A DNA stretch of 64,000 nucleotides from Dimorphilus gyrociliatus (taxonomy: Eukaryota > Animalia > Annelida): contig CAJFCJ010000004.1 in the NCBI GenBank assembly GCA_904063045.1, positions 2,163,713 to 2,227,712 of the forward strand, read 5' to 3'. This document shows positions 39,901-53,318 of this stretch, in pieces (positions within the stretch are counted from its first letter, which is position 1; every line of letters begins with the position of its first letter). The position numbers and the translations under genes were made by a program. The notes under the pieces are model-generated. The model ran no database searches. It had not been told where the DNA came from and was given only the letters and a program-made list of their open reading frames with translations.

Positions 39901-42635
39901 CCAATAAAGCGTCATCGCTCAACCGCAAGGTGCGAAGCGTTCATTTCGTTTTACCTCCAGCAATACTGCAAAAGATGAAGAAGCGCTCTCTAGCGAGTAA
40001 TATGAGAAAGCATCAGGTGACCGAGCTGGTTTTCAGAGTATATGCCACATGTTTGACGGATAATGAAGAGGGAAGATAAGAAGTGTTTAAAAGGAAGCCA
40101 ATTCTCTGAAAAAATCTTCAATGCCTTACTTAAAACTCGCGTAAATTATTAGAGCGAACTGTTATCTTAAAAACGATATGAACTAACCGAAATAAAACCT
40201 TAAAATGATGTAAATGAAAAGAAGAAGAGTCATAAGCATCACAATTAACGTATCAAAGCTACAATCAAGCTATGGATTTAATTGCAATTTGCATTCAGAA
40301 TACTACTGACATCTAGCGTTACAAACCAACTAATGATTTTAAATATTTTTCACACAATACCTAATTGAAAGAAAGGTTAAATTCTAGTTCAAAAGAAAAT
40401 TTACACCAAAAGCACATATTAAATCTCTTAATTTTAGATAGGTCTAGGAGTTAAGTAAGGGATTCTAATAGTTCTTGTTAATTTGATATTCGTTTATAAT
40501 TAACCACTGTTAATGAATGGAATATTTTTTGACATTGATTAAAGATAAAAACGTTGAAATAGGACTATAAAGGCTATGTATATATATATATTTTAACATA
40601 CTAATAAAAATCTAGTATATACTCTCTTTATCATAAAAAAGTGACAAAAAATATTATTGACCTAAGCATTGTGCTTTAGAAGAAAAATAAGAAAACATCT
40701 TTTAGTCGAGTCTGCTAATGAGAACACTCAAAAACAAGTGTTTCTCGCCTAGCTAGACTTATTGGGTCTTAGACTCTTAGACATCTTATTTGACACAATA
40801 CTTATGTATTAATCAGAAAAATTGGTTAGTTGTATACCTTTTTTATATAAAGTATATTGTTTATAACAAGGATTTTCATACCGAAGTGAACCGACACTAG
40901 ATAAAATATAGACCATTAGCATTCTGGTAAAACTCTAGACGAACTGCATGAAATTTATATATGATATAAGATAGACATATAAAACCCATATTTTTTTTTG
41001 CATGTTGTTAACAACTGATCCGAGGATTATCCCTTACTCCTTTAAGAATTTTCAGAGAAAAGAAAATCCCTTTATAGTCTATGTAGTTAAAGAATAGTTA
41101 TAAAATATAATAAATTTAATTAGGGTTTCAAACTTTCCTCTCTTATTAAGCAATTGGATATGAAAAGAAAAAGGAAAAGTTAAAGAAATAATAGATAATT
41201 GAAAAATACGGAGACTTACTAGAAAATCAAATCTTACGCAATTAAAAGATATCTTGTAAAGACTGGAAGGGAGAGTCAGGAACAGAATAGAATATAATTT
41301 ATCTCATTTATAACCTGTTCTTTAGACTACTAGGAATTTCTCTTAAGGGACATAAAATAAAATTGATTATTTGTACAATAGGAAAAACATGGAAGAGAAT
41401 CCAATTGCTTTACAACAAATATACTTACAAGTAGCCCTTAGTGAATGCTAAGTGAATTCTTACTTCTTCTCTATCTCTAGCCAAGTAAAATCTTTGATAT
41501 TAAAAGGATATCGCATGAAAGAACAGCTGATATAGTAATATAACAGCATTCTCTTCAAAATGTGTTGTGTATTTTTTTCCTTTTTTTTTTTACTCCAACA
41601 AAATTTTCTTTTTTGGGGTAATATTGATTTAGGCCTACAATATACTTAACGTTATGATTATATTTGACGCCCTGGAGAAGAATGAGAATCGAAATCTCTT
41701 ACCAAGTAGTAAAAAGTATTGAGAATCGAGATACCGATTCGGTAAATAAGGACAAAATACTTTCAAAGTGTATTTTATGAAGTATATGTTTTTTTTCTTC
41801 TTTCTTATCCTTTGTTTGAGTAGATATAGATGAAAAAAATTGAATTATCAACGCTATTTATCAATCTGTGTAAAAGAAAATTATTGAAAGATGATGATAT
41901 AAAAAAGGATAAAATTCATTTATCTCTCCTTGATTTTCTAAATAATCGAATCGTGAAGAAACTACAAAATATATTCTTATCCCTCAATAAATTTATATAT
42001 ATCCTTTCCTAAAAAGATAACGTACTATAGAACAAATTTTTGCTCAGTTCGAATGACTTTATTTTAAAATGCAACCCCTGGAGATTTACTCTTAAAAGCA
42101 AATACGTTGCGTAATAAAATAAGGCTACCCCTTCGAACAACTAATAGAAAGGCTATAGTAGGGGAAAGTCAGAGCTGAATGAAGTAGAACAAAACTTTTT
42201 TCCATTGTTTACTTCATTCATTCATTGTTGTTCCCTTCGGTAAACGGTAAACATCAAGGTTGTAACACATAAAGTGCATTGATTTACAATGTTTCTGAAT
42301 AAACCATAGGTTTCCCTCTCCTTTTGAAGTTAATATGATAAACGAACAGAAAAGGAAAGAAATAAAGAATTATTTGATTAATAAAAGAAAAATTATAGAT
42401 GCTGCCCTCCTCTCTTCCACAATAGTTAAGAAAAGACGAAAAAGAATAGCAATTGCATCTTCATTTGATCGATTGCAAATATTCTCAATTTCTATAGTCT
42501 CTAAATCGATTTGATTTATTCTGCTTTACTTGAGGCAATTTGAACTTGTCTAATTTCATGTTCTAATCTTTTTTATTAAATGACTAATTATACAATTGTA
42601 TATCAACAATATTCGATTGTTTATATTGTAAACTT

Positions 42636-45268
42636 TTATAATTTCTTTAAAATAAGTCTGTAATTCATTGGAAAGAGAAAAATTCCGGGCTGAGGCTCGT
42701 AATTAACATCTTCCTTTATGCTTAATTCGTATTTCTGTAACATAGTTCCTATTACAATAGCAATTTCTGTCTTTGCGAATTTCTCTCCAGCGCAACTTCT
42801 TGGTCCTTTTATTTGGTTTATATGAAAAATGGATGGGAAAAAAAGCAATTTAAACGCAAATTTATAAAGGCATTAAGAGGACATTACCATCTCCAAAGGG
42901 AGCATAACCATTTAGATTGTATAATATTTTATCATCCTTCAGAAATCTCTGTGGTCGAAATTCTTCAGGATCATCCCAGTATTTTTCAGACGCGTGAAGC
43001 CCATACCTATTGAAATAGATCCATGTTCCTTTGGGAACTAAATACCCATCAACAACAGTGTCCTAGTTGGATTAAAAATATGACTCATAAAGGTTATTTT
43101 TACTGTTAAATATCAAATAGAACACTTAAATTATTTTCATATGTGATTTTTTCATCCTAATTAGCATATGATTTATTTTTTCTATTAGTTGTACAAAAAG
43201 GTCGCGTGTTACAGAAGGTCTGCTTGTAAGTAAAAGCAGAGCTTTTATCGCAAAACACCACTGAGCAGGGCAAAGAAGGAAAACTAATAGCTAAAGAGAG
43301 AGCAAGAGAGAGAGAGAGGGAAAGAAAGAAAGAAAGCAAGGGAGAAGATGTGGCCGACAGTCCATGAAAGCTCTGCTAAAACAACAATAGAATACCTAAT
43401 TTATCGCTATCTTTTCTAATAGTTTTAAAAAGAGATAAATCAGTCAATTCAACTAAGAAATATGAGAGACCTTCTCTGTCAAAAATCTCCTACAATAGGA
43501 AAATATTGATAACGTTTAGCAAAGGCTCAATTTATCGTATTAATACATAATATATTACGTACTCTTGTTGTACATTTGGGAATTCCTAAAACGGCAATAT
43601 TGGCTCTTCTATGACATTCCATTAATGTTGCTTCTAATCTCAATAATTCTTTTTTCGATTTTGTACCAACTTTTCCAGTTTTCCCTAATTTTTCGAACAG
43701 CTCTTCCCTGATCCAACTCTGAATATGGGGATTTTTTGCTAAGAAAAGAAAAGACCACGCTAAAGTAGCACTTATAGGTTCAGTTGAAGCAACAAACAAG
43801 TCGAAATTTATCCTCAAAAGATGACGTTCTGCCAAAATAATTTCCTTACTATTTTATCTAAAAATTTAATTTACCTTTTAAGCTTTACCTTCAAACGTAG
43901 AATACTTTTCCGAACTCGATTGCATCTCTTTCAAATAAGAATGGATAAATGAATTGGAATCTGATTCTAGATCTTCCCAAGCACTCTTGATAAACTTTTT
44001 CGACAAGGCTTCTCTTTCTATTTGACATTCTTGAATACCGTCATCATTTCTTTTGAAAAATTTCAAAAATATCTCCAAAAATGGTATAAAATTCGCTAAA
44101 GCTGTATGTTTAAGAGCTTTACTAGACATCCTTAAACTTTTTAAATTGGTGATTAAATTTGGGTCGTCGTAATGAAATTTTTGATTGAAAATTAATTTGC
44201 ACATAGTATTACTCATGGCAAACGAAAGTTTTTCTTGAAAGAGCTTTCCATCGTCCTCAATCTCGGCTAAGAGATAATCTAATTCTTCATGGATTATATC
44301 ATCGAAATTTACAGATAAATCGTGCAATGTTTTCATAATCCATTGCCTATGTTGTTTCCAAATCAGACCTTCCGTAAAAAATATACCAGAATCTTGTGCC
44401 ATTCTACGAAATAGATTCCATGGTCTTCCTGTGTAGTTTTTTCCATCTTTTACCATACAACTTCTGAAAAGACGGTCACCATTTAAAACAATACATAGAC
44501 GACTTCCCATGTAACAGCTGTAAATATCGCCATATTTTTTCCACCATTTTTGGAGGACAACATGAGGTCTATTTTTTAGGGCCAGAAGGACTCCAATGAA
44601 GGGATAACCTGATAAAGGAGAAAAACTGTAAAAGAATTTATTGATCACGTATTTATTTCATCTATATCATCCCTGGGCTCAAGCCTAATAATCAATCACT
44701 GACGATATAAGATGTACAAGATCTTTCTACTTTAGATACTTCGCCCCGAAAATTGGCAATCAACTATGCTCTCTTCAAAGCATACAAACAAAATAGGCTA
44801 AATGACAAGATATACGACAGGATTAGCATGCATAAAGTTCGTTAGAGCTTTTCTTTTGAAAAAGGAAAATTCGATGGAAAGTTTATTTTTATATAAGTGA
44901 AAAAAGTTTTTTTTTCTCTCTATCCCTCCTTTCAAATATCTTTCAGAGGTTCTTTTTTTGCGCGGAAAGAGCTCATTATTAGTTTAATTGTTAAATTGCA
45001 GACTATTGACTCTTGAAACTATTCTTTCCAATTTACAAATCATTTGTATCTCGCTTTCAATTTAGAATAAAAGAAAAGTAGCAATTTATATGGCTTAAAT
45101 AGGAACTAAAACAAGTTTTTTAATAAGTATACTAATGGTAAAAAATTTACCTCGTGGACCAGGGGGTAATCTTTTCCAGTAGTTAACTTTCAAGATAAAA
45201 AAATATCCTAATAATAAGAGGAAGAGTATGAGCAAAGGAAGAGCAAATGAGTTGCTGGTTATTTCCAT
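42636..45268 (-). CDS. Cytochrome P450, clan-2 (CYP2/CYP1-like), 482 aa, 5 exons
   Basis: Exons 45268-45151, 44608-43889, 43828-43563, 43062-42888 and 42805-42636 sum to 1449 nt in frame. N-terminal signal-anchor plus LPPGPRGYPFIG, C-helix WKQHR, K-helix ECHR, FRPQRF, and heme motif PFGDGPRSCAG. Confidence 0.93.
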
Positions 45269-45352
45269 TACGGCACGTATGAGTTTAGTGTATTGGAGCT
45301 TTTGTATCCAGTAACAAACGTAATAAAACTTGACTTATATTTAACTCGATGT

Positions 45353-45387
<35 letters not shown>

Positions 45388-46725
45388 GCTATTTCACATA
45401 TATATATTTATATATATAAATATATGCATATATAAATCTATCGGTAAATAATCCTTGATATTCTTAAAAGATTTGCTACTTAGTAAGCTTATAAACGTAT
45501 TGTTTTTCTTTTTAAGAAGCTGCTCTGACTACAACTTAACATACTGATTTTTAAATTTTACAATATCAGAACACTCAGTTTAGAAGGAGAATTTATATAT
45601 CAAACTTCATTCTCATGAATATTCATACGTTTGTTCTTTTTTCAAGGCCACAAATAAAGTTCAGCTTGTATCTGGAGATGTCTACATCTCCCTGTAATTT
45701 TATTACTATGTATATAATACTAAAGGAGAAAAGGCATAGAAAAAGAGTTGCTGATGTCTTAAATATCTTTTCATTCTTTGTTCTATTGTTTGTTAAGTTT
45801 ATTTTTATCTGTTTGTATTAAATAAAAGTACTAAAATATTGTTTAAAAGATATTAAAGGAAGTAGTAGAAGAGAAAGAAACCGATAAAAAATACCAAAAA
45901 GGAGAAAAAACATCATGAAGAAAGCAGTAGAAACGTATAATTTTCTACAGGACAAATAATAGCTTTTTACACATAACAAGATATAATGATTAATTACGCA
46001 ATTAGAGGAATAAAATCTAATATACTGTCTATATATACAGTACATATATACAATATATAAAAGTAATCAAAAGGTAGCGAAGAAAATATTTAGAGAAGTA
46101 ATGTGCAAATTATATATCTTAATAAGAAGTTGTTTTCTGTCTATCTTACAATGCAGTTTATTCTATACCCTTTTATTTGATTTCCTGATCACTAGTACAG
46201 AATTACAGACAATTTTCTATTTCACATTTGACTTTCTATTCGAGTATGATAAATTTGTGTGTTTTCTTTTCGTTTCTTATCTATACTATTTTGATTTATT
46301 GATGGTGTACGGATAACCTTTTCTGCTTCTTCTTCATCATCTCGCAAGATTTACACTAATAGCTAATTATAATAAAGAGAATGTTCACTTAATCATCACC
46401 TTTTCACATAATTTTAGAAATAGAAAGGACAAAAAGGGAAAAGGATTTAGGGGAAAATTCAAAGTTTAAATTACCCTGTATTAATATTCTTTTCAATAGA
46501 GTATTTTACTTTCATCACTCTCTCTTCTCTCAATCAAAATCCTTAGATTTTGTCAATCGCCAGAAGCGTCTTCCGTCTAAGAAACGCTTCTTTTAATTGT
46601 CTCTCTTGAAATTCGTTGTTTCAGCATTATACTTCGAAACTCTGAGTTAATTTTGCTTCTTTTGTCTTTTTATTTAAATTTTTAACAAGAATGACAAACA
46701 TCTGGGAAGGTAAGTTATAAATTAC

Positions 46726-46756
<31 letters not shown>

Positions 46757-47356
46757 AAGGGAGCATAACAGTACATGTATTACGTTATATCAATTAAATA
46801 GATGTATTTATTATGCATTAAATTTCTTTCGTTAGATGAATAGTAACAAGGTTTTCTTCAACATGGAATTAAGGAGTTTTTCAATCAAATTGTCACTTGC
46901 CTCCAATCTCAATTCCTAAAGTCTTTCATCTTCATTAATATTTACTGATTATAAGGATATTAACAAACGCAATTCTTAGCTATAAAAAGAAAGAAGGTAG
47001 AATGCTTTTATAAAAAAAAATAATCACAACTTTGCAAAGATTTATTCAATACTTAATCTTTATTAATAATTAAGTAAACTGAGAGTACGTAAACCACCTT
47101 TTATGCAGTCAGTTAATGTTTATAAAAGGTGTTATAGTATTTTGGGCACATTTAATGATAAATTATCAAGAATTCTAAATAAATTATAAGCAAATATACC
47201 TAAAAAGTAGAAAATAAACCGATATGTTATACTGTATATTAGCTGTACAAAAAGTAGAAGATTTTATATATATATATACAGTATATATGTATATTTTTAT
47301 TGTTCGTTTAAAAACTTCCAAACGAAGGAAAGAGATACATGATTTAATAAACCGAG

Positions 47357-48597
47357 CTATATCTGACATTGGAGTTCATTAATAGGTGTTTCCTCTACAA
47401 TGACTTTTTTATCCATAGCCAAATTCATTTCACAAGCTCCTTCTGATAAGAAAGTTGGATTGTTGTCTTTATCTAAAGCGAAGCCCCTTTCTCTTGTAAA
47501 AATATTTTTTACTGGTATAGTAAGCTTTCCACCATCTTTATTAGTATCCTTATCTCTTAGGCATACAATTAAATTTCCTTTAAATGTTGTTTTCATTCTC
47601 CATTTGCCCTTAAAAATTCTCTGATCTAATAATATACTAACTTTCGTAGTCGTTTTTGGTGGAACGGTAATATTAGAATTTACTGAGCAATCATAACTAT
47701 TCTCCACCGAGTCTTCTTTACTTTTTGAAAGATTCCACTCTCCACTGGAAAGAAAAACAAAATATAGATAAGATAATCTTAATTTCTTCAACCGATAAAT
47801 GGACTTTAGTAGAGAGGTTACTTTGAATGATGTTTAATTGTTACACAACACCACCGTCTTTGCCTCTACTGAAAGAAATCCCTAAGCTTTCTTAGAAACG
47901 TATAGAAATTTTCACGCAGGTGGTTTACACTTACTTTAAACCTCCTCCAAGATCAGGCGTTATTTTTAAATCACCATGGAGTTGTAATTTATAGGCCTTG
48001 GTAACTGTATATTTTCTAGCACATTTGACAGATTTTTTATACTCTATATGAAATTCCTGTTGAAAAGCGAAGATAGAATAAGATATTGAAGTAATCATAA
48101 TTTGTTTTGGATTTATAAGAGAAAACGTGACAAACCTGATCATTCTGCCCGCTTGTATTTGTAAAAGTAGTGGAAAATAGCTCATTAAAATTTTGTTTGT
48201 TAGGTAATTTTGCCATAGAGGTTGTCTCGTGCTTCTGAAGAGAATTCTTAGCATATTTTTGTAGCCAGCTACTCATATTTTTATCCTCTTCATAGCTAAT
48301 ATCACTTGATAAAGTAAAATTGTCATCAAGATATATTTCGTTAATCTGTAACAGAGAAGTTTTTTGTTTGTAATGGATAATATCTATGTTTAAACTATTA
48401 TGGCGACTCCTATTAAGAAAAATTTTAATACAGATATTTCTAAAAAGTACTACCTTCAAATCATTTCCGTCCGTAGATGTGCCAAAATTTACATCATTCT
48501 TTAAATGACACTCAACTATTTTATCAATGTCAAAATATTGAACTTTTTTCCTGTTAAAGCAAGATCTTCCTCGTCTTTTCTTGCCGCAACACGCCAT
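47357..48597 (-). CDS. ETX/MTX2-family (aerolysin-like, LIN-24-like) beta-pore-forming protein, 323 aa, 3 exons
   Basis: Exons 48597-48136 (donor CAG|gtttgt), 48056-47935 (donor AA|gtaagt) and 47744-47357 join in frame. LFSTTFTNTSGQNDQEFHIEY...GLNGEWNLSKSKEDSVENSYDCSVNSNITVPPKTTTKVSILL...FKGKWRMKTTFKG...FLSEGACEM matches the remembered ETX/MTX2 pattern (FTNxxxxxQxY...VxSxIxVPP...G...GxC). Confidence 0.72.
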
Positions 48598-49895
48598 TTT
48601 GAATTAATCACCGCAGCTAGACGGATTTGTTGATCTAATTAAAGCCAGACCGGATCAATAAGTAATCAATAAACTACCGTAAAGCTGGTTTCTCCTGTTT
48701 TCACTGTCGTTTATTCTGTCAATGAACCGTAATCTTTCTTTTTCTTAGTAAGATCAGACTAGAGAGAAAGAGAGAGAGAGAGAGAGAGTCGGAAATAGAA
48801 GAAGCATTTGACCTCTCCCTTTTTTTGTCTATTTTTACAATGCCATCTCCAATTACAAATGGTTTATACTTTACATTTTACAAACCATTTCTGGAGGTAA
48901 AATTTAAAAGAATTTACATATCTATTATGAAAAATCAAACTGGTTGCTACTTTAAAATCTATCAATTACTCCATGTAACTGGGAAATATAGCTATGGAAG
49001 TCCGGATGGAGAAAATTTACTAGTAAAATCATTAATGTACTGACACTAATGTTCTGAATGAGATGCTGGAAGAATAATCTAGATGTCCTTTGTGTCTTTT
49101 ATTACCAATTGTTAAAATTACGCCATTACTAGAATCCCTCTTCAGAGTAACAAGTAGAGTGCAAGGCCATGATCACCATGATCCTTCTATAATTCTTTTT
49201 TCATACCTAATAGCTAAAGTTAATGTGATAAGTCATATTTGAAAAGGCTACAGGTATAAATAGGTTTTTTTTAATGGAAAATATCTGTTTAGTATTTACA
49301 ATATCTCTAAAATTTGTATCATATTCTATTATTTCATTGATTTTATTAAATAACCTCATATTTATATATTTCACTAACTTTTATATATACTGTATATATA
49401 TATATATATATAAATACAGTATATGCCATTTTCATCAACAAGAAAAAAAAAACCTGTAAGCAAATCTCATAAGGGTGCAAAGTCTAATCATTTGATACGT
49501 TATGTGTATATAATAAGGACTTCGTTCTTAGATATAACCCTCACAGCTAAATAATATAAAAGTAAAAGACTACTGAAGCGCCATCTACCTCATTCATTCA
49601 TAATATATATTTTATGTTAGAATTTTTTAAGCTATAAATACTAGAGAAAGGATTCACTGATTACAAAAAAAATACATTTCGTCATCTTGTTGTCATTGAT
49701 AGTCTTAAGTAAAGTAGAAATAATAATACAATATTTTTATATCTTTCAGCATTGAATAGGGAAATAAAGAAATGTTTTTTATATAATTAGATAATTAAAA
49801 TTAAAGCATGACAGTTTTGGTAAATATATCACATACAGTTTAGAAATTTCAACTTAATTCAACAGTTGAGAAGTCCATTTTAGAGAGTAGAACGT

Positions 49896-52800
49896 TCATT
49901 TTGTTTCGATAACGGCATTAGCCCATTTTGTTAGGATGCATTCTTCTATTGCTGGTACTCTTCTTCTTCTGTCATGTCTATCTTGTCTCGTTTTATCGTA
50001 TCTATCTAATCTGGTATCGACGAGAAGCTTTGAATAATTTTTAGACCTCTCCAGTAAACCTGTATAGTGGTGTAGATCGAAGAAATGCTCCGCTCTCCAA
50101 TGATTCATTAATTCCGGTTTCAAACTGAAAAGAACCCCGATTTGTCTATTGGCAGATGCAATCCAAATTGGATACTTTGGTGTCTTCAGCATAGAACCTA
50201 TTTCAATTCTCCGTTCATCATTATATGCTAAAACTCCAATATCACTTCTCTCATCTATTCCTTGTTGCGGACAATCTAATGTCTTTCCAGAGTTATCGTA
50301 GAATTTAAGGCCATTATGCATATATCTATAAAAAAAACTACATTAAATACATTTGAATGAAAAGGAAATAAATTTGTTTCTAATTGAAAATTTTAACCAT
50401 TTACCAGAAGTTTTAGTGTTTAAAATAAAAAGAAATTAAAAATGCTTGAATGATCTTTTAAGGTGAAATCAATTCCTTTTTTTATAAACTAAAGTAATTT
50501 ATCGATTCCTGATATTTTATCACATAATTTCTCAGAATCATTTAACACTGTATCGATCATTCAAACAGGAATATAAATAAATTAGGCAATAATATGCTAT
50601 CAGTAATAAATTTAGAGTTCAATAATCTACTTGTAATTACACCAAATAGGCTTAATTTAAATATGATAAGAATAGACTACAAGTGTCTATATTGTGAATG
50701 TTTCTGTATAATATAGATAATAATATGTCTATAATTATGCAATACTTACAAAGCAGCTTTGCCGGTGAGCAGTAAATTTATCAAGGCACAAGTTACTTCT
50801 TCCCAGTCTGTTAACAATTGTACCCATTTTCCGTCTTCCGGTGTACCGGCATCTTTCAGTATATTCTTTGTACCTCTCGTCATTATAATTGAATATACAA
50901 AAAGTAAAACTCCTCCGGATCCTCTCCACTCTCGGGAGTTATTACTCATGAACTTTAAAAGTTCAGGGTATGAATCAAATTTATAAATATCAATTTTTTC
51001 CGTTATACCATCTCCCCTATAAGTAGTATTTCTGACATGAACCTTTGTTCCGGTTATGCATATTTTACAGCTTCTTTTATCTCCCGCCCTCCATATCATT
51101 TCACTTAGGCACTCCATAAGGATTTTTGTTCGATTTAGTCTTCGCGCATGATCGGCAAGACTAACAATTTTACCGTCCATTGCAGCCGATACTAACTAAA
51201 GATAAAAGATGATAAAAGATTTAATAAAATTGACTTTGATACTCTTTTTTTATTATTTTGTTTAATTTTAACTTACATCCTTGTTTTTAAAAAACATGTT
51301 TTTGATAATCCAACTCTGCACGCACATAACTACACCTCTTGCACCACACAGAGATGTTTGTAAGCCCCAAGGCGTTGGTGCCGATTCGTCGTAGAAAACA
51401 AAACCTGTATTTTTCCATTCTTTACTAATTGGTAATGGAGTTCCAAGAAGAACTTTTCGTAGATCAACCGCTTGATTAAATGTTATGGGTTTTGGCCAGG
51501 CAGTATTTTGAGAATTAGAAGAAACTTTAGCCGAAATAGGAGGAAGAACCATATTCTGACAAAGTTCCATTGGAGAATCATCCAGCTTGGACATCTTATT
51601 CAATTTGACAGTCTAGAGAATAGTTTGAAATATATATATGACGTTTTATCAATGGGTCGTTTCGTAATTATTTTAAAGCTGTGTGGGTTATTTTTCTCTT
51701 AATTATTCAGTATCTCTTTCTATTGGATATTCCATTCTGATGGCATGTTTTTGTAATATTTATAAAAAAAATAGTTATATTCTATTTCATTATGTAATCT
51801 AACTGAGATAAAACCGATAGATTATGAATGACAGGAAACCTTTAGTAGATCGTCCCTTCGCTATTTAAGTTGCTAGGTTCTGCGAAATTATAGCAACATC
51901 TGCTGCTTTGCTAAATCTGATAAGTCGTATCAATATTACCGATATGTTTATAAGAGATTCTTGATTGCCATCCATTCATTTTTTAAACGATTTGTATAAC
52001 CTTCTTTGTTTATATTTATAAATTTATTACTTCAAGTAATACAATGAAAAAACTATCAGATTTTCCTAAAATCAGAACTGCATTGCTTATCTTAGAGATA
52101 GAATGTGTTGAGATAAAAATATAACTGTATTGCTAATTATGTTGAGTATATTAAAACTCTATATGTATATCTAGATTTTGAAAGAGAGAGAGGAAGGGAG
52201 AACTATCATTACTTAGAAAATCCATTATTATTTCTCTATCACTACTTTTACATCATCTTTCTATCAAATAGTATGTTTATACGATTGCTCTTCCGGTCAT
52301 TATTTATTCATTATCATCACTTTTAGCCCATTCCTTAAATAGTTAACAACAAATAATATTACAAAACATTCCTCCTTAATTATTCAGACTCTATTTAATA
52401 GTTAATTTTCTGTTTTCACTTTAGCAAGTAATTAAATTAACTGTACGTAACACTTTTCGCGATATCCTCTCTATAAAATGAAAAGAGAACATACTCCCTA
52501 TATTCTAATAAATAAAAACAATAACCGTTGGTGAAAAACATTAGATCTTGGGTTTTTTCTTTCATTTGCTTTTTTTTAAAAGAAAAATACCGGAAATTAA
52601 AAATAAACAACCTTTTTCCGTTATTTATTTCCTAAATTTAAGAGTATTTTGGCAATTTTTTGTTGCATTAAAAATAAAATCGAAAGTTAGTTTCTGTATT
52701 ATCGTGTAATCTACTTTATAGATTTTGACCGTAAAGCAAAAGAATGAGAATTAGTTGGAAGAAGGAGGAGAGGGAGGATAAGGAGAAGCTAAGAGCTAAA

Positions 52801-53318
52801 TATATAAATACAGAATATATAAATGTATACTAATATATATAAAAGAAAAAGTCTTTTAAGAGAGGAAATATATATTTCAAAGTTTTGCTTTTCTTCTCAT
52901 TCTTAAAGAAATGAAAATAAAGAAATCTTAGGATTTAATCTCTAGTCTTATATTAGTCTCTATATGTTATTATAAATCTATGGCTATTGAATTCATTTTG
53001 TTCAATTATTGTCCTTTAATCGATTGGGGCGATATATAGGTGTAAAAGCACTAAATTTTTTTGACAAAAATAGGTTCTTATAGTAGAATAGCTAACTGAA
53101 TAATGAGGGAAAAATATAAGATTTACTGTTGATTTTACCGGTAAAGATAGGTGTTTATCCTCAAATTTGACGACATCTTTTAAGAAGGTATTCAATCTTG
53201 TTAATTGTCTCGTTATACTCAAATCAACTTTATGTTTACGACTTGTTAAGTTTTTTGATAAAAAATCGACGTTTTCCAATCGTTCAATTAGATCAAAAGC
53301 GTCTAGTGACGAGGCCAT
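49896..53318 (-). CDS. MINDY4B: Inactive ubiquitin C-terminal hydrolase MINDY-4B-like (DUF4205), 463 aa, 4 exons
   Basis: Exons 53318-53139, 51612-51277, 51195-50750 and 50325-49896 sum to 1392 nt in frame. MINDY motifs PITFNQAVDLRKVLLG, LFVYSIIMTRG, ALINLLLTGKA, SDIGVL, IEIGSMLKTPKYPIWI, FDLHHYTGL and PAIEECILTKWANA. The catalytic GGPCG reads CGARG, like the remembered GGAR of vertebrate MINDY4B. Confidence 0.82.

Noticed and set aside
42047-42054. GTTCGAAT B-box suggesting a tRNA or SINE
   Set aside because: No A-box and no cloverleaf around it.
47822-47868. Cryptic exon inside ETX intron 2
   Set aside because: 47 nt, frameshifting, with an in-frame TAA. Direct splicing 47935-47744 gives the conserved frame.
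48410-48453. Possible intron in ETX exon 1 (AAG|gtagta...aatag)
   Set aside because: Removing it (44 nt) frameshifts into a stop, whereas the unspliced frame is open.
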